Part shown: piece after piece, positions 56,150 to 64,000 of the stretch | Layout of the letters: the number at the start of each line of letters is the position of its first letter | Position numbering within the stretch: the first letter of the stretch is position 1 | Origin: Eledone cirrhosa | Lineage: Eukaryota | Assembly: GCA_964016885.1 (NCBI GenBank) | Contig: OZ024747.1 | Span: forward strand, 85,994,001-86,058,000 | Direction of reading: 5' to 3' | Length of the DNA: 64,000 bases | Notes under the pieces: generated by a model | Told to the model about the DNA's origin: nothing | Seen by the model: only the letters and a program-made list of their open reading frames with translations | Database searches by the model: none | Program-made: the position numbers and the translations under genes

Positions 56150-58040
56150 AAATTAATAAAAAATAATGAATAAAAACAAAGAAACAGTTCCTTATATTAA
56201 AAAAAATCATCATTTTACGATCGTTTCTAGGATATATATATGTGTGTGTTGGTATGTATATCATATAGATCTATGTAAAATTTTTACAAACTATCAGAGG
56301 GAATATACATACCTACACATATATATGCTGTCTTCAGAAATAATGATATTTGTTTATTGAAAAAAAACAACAAATATTTAATATAATAGGTCTGTTTGGG
56401 AACAGGTTTTGAATTGACCAATAAAAAGGTAGTAAGTGGTCAAGATGGTAGAATAGTAGTAATGGAACTTTAATTTAGGCGTAGAGGAAAGCAGATTTCA
56501 GTTTTGAATGGAAAGAGTGTATTGAATGAAAAGATTATTTTAGGGATGAAAATAGGTCAAGTCGGTAAAAGGTACACGAAAATTTGATGTTATAAAAGAA
56601 TAATGCTAATGTAAATATCTAAGGAGAATACAATTTTACGATAAATGTGTTTGTGAAAAATATCAATCTTATTTAAAACATAAGGAATTTACATCTATAA
56701 AAAGAAAATAAATTAATTAAATTGATAGGTATATTTATATTGATAAATTTATATTAATTCATATAGATATGATAAATAAGAGTTAGATGTAATTGAAGAA
56801 TGTTGTTAAAAACGAAGGGAAAATAAGAAAATAATAATAGTTATGGGGGGGGGGGGAGATAAATGTATTAGTGAGAAATAACAAATTTATATAGATTATA
56901 AGGAATATAGATTCATAACCTGAAATTAAAAGTTTATATGTATACTTATTGGTATAAATTTTAGGAAAAGATAAAATTATGCAGTTTATTAGTAGTAGAA
57001 TATTAATTATAGGTTAACTAATTTAAAAAAAGTGTTATTACAATAATTTGTAAAGTGTATATTAATTAGGTTTATAATATTTAAAAGTTCTTCTCATTTT
57101 ATGATTACATGATATAATTAATTCCTGTCGCTTATTTAATAGGATATCCTTAGATTTCATTATTTCAAAAAGTTCCTGGGAACATAATCTACATTCATAT
57201 CTATTATTTTGATAAGGAGTGGCCCTTTTGAGCACACTCCAGGTCAGGTTATAATCTATATTCCTTTTTCTATAATTATTAATTATTTCAGCTAAGGATG
57301 TTGTATTAGCTAATGCGGCATTTTTAAAACTGTGTTTGTGGGTATTAAATCTTACTTTAAATTGGTTAGAAGTAGCTCCTATATATGAATAAGTTGAGTC
57401 CTTAGTGTTAATTTTACATTTATATACTATGTTATTAATAAGGGAATTTCCTTTTAATGGGCAATTTGCTTTGTTTCTACAGTTACAACCTTTCGTGAAT
57501 GTTGTATCAGAGGAGATAGTCAAATTAGGTGTGGAATTTTCTCGACTTGTATGTGAATGAGATGGTGGTTTACTGTGGTTTCTTTTAGTATTATGGTTAG
57601 TTTGATGTATTGGTGGTATATTCATGTTTTTTTTTACATTTATATGCATTATAGGCACTTATATTTTGTTGTATATTTTTGGTTGTTGAGTAGGAGAATT
57701 TAACCGTTGATCTATTTAAAATTTGATGGTATTTATGGTTTGGCGGGAAGTTTTTCTCTAGGATAGTAAAAAAAATTTTAGGTATATTATCTTTAATTTG
57801 TAGATTAAATGGAGCATTATACCAAGTAACTCTTCTATTACGGTTTCGATGTTGTTTATTATTTTTATAGGATGTATCCTGATGTTTATTAAGAGAATTA
57901 GTATTAGTGATTTTATTACACATATTTTTAGTTAGATTCATTGATTTAGGAGTTTTAGCCTGTTTATTAGGAATTTTGTTATTAGCATATATTGGAATAT
58001 TAGGATGAATGGTTTTTTGAAAGTTACTATATTTTATATT
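56150..58040 (-). mobile_element. 5'-truncated Penelope-like (Naiad-type) element: GIY-YIG ORF end, long AT-rich 3' UTR, hammerhead
   Basis: RRVTWYNAPFN...FPPNHKYHQILNRSTVKFSYS (57597-57941); CNCRNKANCPLKG...IVYKC...YIGATSNQFKVRFNTHKHSF...CRLC..E...LLNKRQELIISCNH (57062-57658); one frameshift. Confidence 0.92.
56206..56347 (-). ncRNA. Type I hammerhead with very long helix II, in the 3' end of the Naiad element
   Basis: rc ATCATTATTT-CTGAAGA-[~100-nt stem-loop]-GAAA-CGATCG-TA-AAATGATGAT; 10-bp helix I (one G.U), GUA site. Confidence 0.8.
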
Positions 58041-61000
58041 ACTGGGGTGTACTGTGACAGATTCAGTGACAGAAGATCAAGAGAGACTGGGGTGTACTGT
58101 GACAGATTCAGTGACAGAAGACCAAGAGAGACTGGGGTGTACTGTGACAGATTGAGTGACAGAAGATCAAGAGAGACTGGGGTATATTATGACAGATTCA
58201 GTGACAGACGACCAAGAGAGACAGGGGTGTACTGTGACAGATTCAGTGACAGAAGATCAAGAGAGACTAGGGTGTACTGTGACAGATTCAGTGACAGACG
58301 ACCAAGAGAGACGGGTGTCCTGTGACAGATTCAGTGACAGACGACCAAGAGAGACTGGGGTGTACTGTGACAGATTCAGTGACAGAAGACCAAGGTAGAC
58401 TGGAGTGTACTGTGACAGATTCAGTGACAGAAGACCAAGAGAGACTGGGGTGTACTGTGACAGATTGAGTGACAGAAGACCAAGAGAGACTGGGGTGTAC
58501 TGTGACAGATTCAGTGACAGACGACCAAGAGAGACTGGGGTGTACCGTGACAGATTGAGTGACAGAAGACCAAGAGAGACTGGGGTGTACTGTGACAGAT
58601 TCAGTGACAGAAGACCAAGGTAGACTGGAGTGTACTGTGACAGATTCAGTGACAGAAGACCAAGAGAGACTGGGGTGTACTGTGACAGATTCAGTGACAG
58701 AAGACCAAGAGAGACTGGGGTGTATTGTGACAGATTCAGTGACAGAAGACCAAGAGAGACTGGGGTGTATTGTGACAGATTCAGTGACAGAAGACCAAGA
58801 GAGACTGGGGTGTACTGTGACAGATTCAGTGACAGAAGACCAAGAGAGACTGGGGTGTATTGTGACAGATTCAGTGACAGAAGACCAAGAGAGACTGGGG
58901 TGTACTGTGACAGATTCCGTGACAGAAGACCAAGAGAGACTGGGGTGTACTGTGACAGATTCAGTGACAGACGACCAAGAGAGACTGGGGTGTACTGTGA
59001 CAGATTCAGTGACAGAAGATCAAGAGAGACTGGGGTGTATTGTGACAGATTCAGTGACAGACGACCAAGAGAGACTGGGGTGTACTGTGACAGATTCAGT
59101 GACAGAAGACCAAGAGAGACTGGGGTGTACTGTGACAGATTCAGTGACAGACGACCAAGAGAGACTGGGGTGTACTGTGACAGATTGAGTGACAGAAGAC
59201 CAAGAGAGACTGGGGTGTACTGTGACAGATTCAGTGACAGAAGATCAAGAGAGACTGGGGTGTACTGTGACAGATTGAGTGACAGAAGACCAAGAGAGAC
59301 TGGGGTGTACTGTGACAGATTCAGTGACAGAAGATCAAGAGAGACTGGGGTGTACTGTGACAGATTCAGTGACAGACGACCAAGAGAGACTGGGGTGTAC
59401 TGTGACAGATTCAGTGACAGAAGACCAAGAGAGACTGGGGTGTACTGTGACAGATTCAGTGACAGACGACCAAGAGAGACTGGGGTGTACTGTGACAGAT
59501 TCAGTGACAGAAGATCAAGAGAGACTGGGGTGTACTGTGACAGATTCCGTGACAGAAGACCAAGAGAGACTGGGGTGTACTGTGACAGATTCAGTGACAG
59601 ACGACCAAGAGAGACTGGGGTGTACTGTGACAGATTCAGTGACAGACGACCAAGAGAGACCGGGGTGTACTGTGACAGATTCAGTGACAGAAGACCAAGA
59701 GAGACTGGGGTGTACTGTGACAGATTCAGTGACAAACGACCAAGAGAGACTGGGGTGTACCGTGACAGATTGAGTGACAGAAGACCAAGAGAGACTGGGG
59801 TGTACTGTGACAGATTCAGTGACAGAAGACCAAGGTAGACTGGAGTGTACTGTGACAGATTCAGTGACAGAAGACCAAGAGAGACTGGGGTGTACTGTGA
59901 CAGATTCAGTGACAGAAGACCAAGAGAGACTGGGGTGTATTGTGACAGATTCAGTGACAGAAGACCAAGAGAGACTGGGGTGTATTGTGACAGATTCAGT
60001 GACAGAAGACCAAGAGAGACTGGGGTGTACTGTGACAGATTCAGTGACAGAAGACCAAGAGAGACTGGGGTGTATTGTGACAGATTCAGTGACAGAAGAC
60101 CAAGAGAGACTGGGGTGTACTGTGACAGATTCCGTGACAGAAGACCAAGAGAGACTGGGGTGTACTGTGACAGATTCAGTGACAGACGACCAAGAGAGAC
60201 TGGGGTGTACTGTGACAGATTCAGTGACAGAAGATCAAGAGAGACTGGGGTGTATTGTGACAGATTCAGTGACAGACGACCAAGAGAGACTGGGGTGTAC
60301 TGTGACAGATTCAGTGACAGAAGACCAAGAGAGACTGGGGTGTACTGTGACAGATTCAGTGACAGACGACCAAGAGAGACTGGGGTGTACTGTGACAGAT
60401 TGAGTGACAGAAGACCAAGAGAGACTGGGGTGTACTGTGACAGATTCAGTGACAGAAGATCAAGAGAGACTGGGGTGTACTGTGACAGATTGAGTGACAG
60501 AAGACCAAGAGAGACTGGGGTGTACTGTGACAGATTCAGTGACAGAAGATCAAGAGAGACTGGGGTGTACTGTGACAGATTCAGTGACAGACGACCAAGA
60601 GAGACTGGGGTGTACTGTGACAGATTCAGTGACAGAAGACCAAGAGAGACTGGGGTGTACTGTGACAGATTCAGTGACAGACGACCAAGAGAGACTGGGG
60701 TGTACTGTGACAGATTCAGTGACAGAAGATCAAGAGAGACTGGGGTGTACTGTGACAGATTCCGTGACAGAAGACCAAGAGAGACTGGGGTGTACTGTGA
60801 CAGATTCAGTGACAGACGACCAAGAGAGACTGGGGTGTACTGTGACAGATTCAGTGACAGACGACCAAGAGAGACCGGGGTGTACTGTGACAGATTCAGT
60901 GACAGAAGACCAAGAGAGACTGGGGTGTACTGTGACAGATTCAGTGACAAACGACCAAGAGAGACTGGGGTGTACTGTGACAGATTCAGTGACAGAAGAC

Positions 61001-62275
61001 CAAGAGAGACTGGGGTGTACTGTGACAGATTCAGTGACAGACGACCAAGAGAGACTGGGGTGTACTGTGACAGATTCAGTGACAGAAGACCAAGAGAGAC
61101 TGGGGTGTACTGTGACAGATTCAGTGACAGACGACCAAGAGAGACTGGGGTGTACTGTGACAGATTCAGTGACAGAAGACCAAGAGTGACTGGGGTGTAC
61201 TGTGACAGATTCAGTGACAGAAGACCAAGAGAGACTGGGGTGTACTGTGACAGATTCAGTGACAGAAGACCAAGGTAGACTGGAGTGTACTGTGACAGAT
61301 TCAGTGACAGAAGACCAAGAGAGACTGGGGTGTACTGTGACAGATTCAGTGACAGAAGACCAAGAGAGACTGGGGTGTACTGTGACAGATTCAGTGACAG
61401 ACGACCAAGAGAGACTGGGGTGTATTGTGACAGATTCAGTGACAGAAGACCAAGAGAGACTGGAGTATACTGTGACAGATTCAGTGACAGAAGACCAAGA
61501 GAGACTGGGGTGTACTGTGACAGATTCAGTGACAGACGACCAAGAGAGACTGGGGTGTACTGTGACAGATTCATTGACAGAAGACCAAGAGAGACTGGGG
61601 TGTATTGTGACAGATTCAGTGACAGACGACCAAGAGAGACGGGTGTACTGTGACAGATTCAGTGACAGAAGACCAAGAGAGACTGGGGTGTATTGTGACA
61701 GATTCAGTGACAGAAGACCAAGAGAGACTGGGGTGTATTGTGACAGATTCAGTGACAGAAGACCAAGAGAGACTGGGGTGTACTGTGACAGATTCAGTGA
61801 CAGAAGACCAAGAGAGACTGGGGTGTACTGTGACAGATTCATTGACAGAAGACCAAGAGAGACTGGGGTGTATTGTGACAGATTCAGTGACAGAAGACCA
61901 AGAGAGACTGGGGTGTACTGTGACAGATTCAGTGACAGAAGACCAACGGAGACTGGGGTGTACTGTGACAGATTCAGTGACAGAAGACCAACGGAGACTG
62001 GGGTGTACTGTGACAGATTCAGTGACAGAAGACCAACGGAGACTGGGGTGTACTGTGACAGATTCAGTGACAGAAGACCAACGGAGACTGGGGTGTACTG
62101 TGACAGATTAGGTGACAGACGACCAGGAGAGACTGGGGTGTACTGTGACAGATTCAGTGACAGACGACCAAGAGAGACTGGGGTGTACTGTGACAGATTC
62201 AGTGACAGAAGACCAAGAGAGACTGGGGTGTACTGTGACAGATTCAGTGACAGAAGACCATGGTAGACTGGGGTA
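58041..62275. repeat. 4.2-kb tandem satellite, 45-bp unit ACTGGGGTGTACTGTGACAGATTCAGTGACAGAAGACCAAGAGAG
   Basis: About 94 units; higher-order duplication of 1215 bp (identical ORFs at 58559 and 59774). Confidence 0.98.
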
Positions 62276-63027
62276 GACTGTGAGTGACAGATTCAAGGAC
62301 TGAATAACATGATAGACTGGGGTGCATTGCCAGCGGCAAAACAAGTGGTGGCAGATCAAAATAGATTGTAGTGTAGAGTGATCTACGAAAATATCCAGAA
62401 ATAAAAACAAAACGTTCAACACCAGATTGAGAGGGACAATCATATACAAATGTATCCCTATCTGGAATGGATCTCCATCGATTTCGGCGATAAATGTTTT
62501 CGTTATTCGATCAATTTAATGTCTTGATTAATGTGGAAGTTAATGGTTATTTCGCTGACGGGTGTATCCTTAACGTAAATCTCAGGGAGATTCACCATAA
62601 CGCAATGAGTGACAAGGCCGGCCCTTGGAATTACATCTACAGTCAATCCGAAGGGCTTCCAAGAAGTTTCCGCCACTAGCATTACCCAAAATCAAAGCAC
62701 GGGTGTGTGGAATACTCAGTCATATACACGTTAATATAACCAGTCGCCTCTTCCGTTAATCAAACAAATAGATCCCTTGTCGTTAGAACCGACGGAGGTG
62801 CAACACATAAGTATGTGTGTATGTGTATGGGTGTGTGTATATGTGAATGTGTGTATGTATGCTTATATGTGTATGGTATGCATATGTGTATATGTGTATG
62901 TGTATGTGTTGTAAAGCTCAGCGCTTTTGTGTATGTTTACGAAGCTTTATGTGTATGCATGCGTCTCTAAGTGTTCAAGCTTTGCACGTGTGTGAGAATG
63001 TCTGTGTGTTCGACATGCTGTTATTCC

Positions 63028-63134
<107 letters not shown>

Positions 63135-63326
63135 ATATGTATGTCTTCGTGCGTGTGTGTATTAATATATATATATATATATACCTGAATCGAGCGACAA
63201 GTTTCCAGACCTCATTCGTGTACCGAGTGGGGTGGAACTCATAAAATCGGACTAAGGAAACAAAGTTTCCGTTGGTCATTCCATTGCTGATACTATCTAC
63301 CGGTCGCAAATCCTGGTAGAAGAGCA

Positions 63327-64000
<674 letters not shown>

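Noticed and set aside
58005-62266. Cys-containing or LRR-like repeat proteins
   Set aside because: Open on several frames and both strands, with frame-breaking short units; typical satellite artefact

Overview
Repeat-saturated, AT-rich eukaryotic intergenic or intronic DNA. The microsatellite load and SINE/RTE/Penelope complement suggest a coleoid cephalopod (Octopus-like); this is an inference. I found no host protein-coding exon, and the long ORFs in the track are artefacts of microsatellites and two ~45-bp satellites (15.3-24.9 kb and 58.0-62.3 kb). Recognisable elements are tRNA-derived SINEs, RTE LINE 3' ends, a bipartite RTE-derived non-autonomous element, Tc1/mariner remnants, a Helitron-like and a piggyBac-like MITE, and three Penelope-like (Naiad-type, GIY-YIG) remnants. 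The main hidden signal is a dense population of short, often fold-back elements inserted in (TA)n tracts. They belong to several unrelated sequence families, and each carries a complete or half type-I hammerhead ribozyme motif (CUGANGA...GAAA...NUH) with a palindromic loop 3. One such motif lies directly 3' of a Naiad ORF. Some fold-backs are centred on a ribozyme helix, some carry ribozymes on both strands, and one has a U3-A8 compensatory core. One Naiad remnant has TGA codons at two conserved Cys positions, which would fit a selenoprotein-encoding retroelement. All structures were read by eye; no folding or database search was run.
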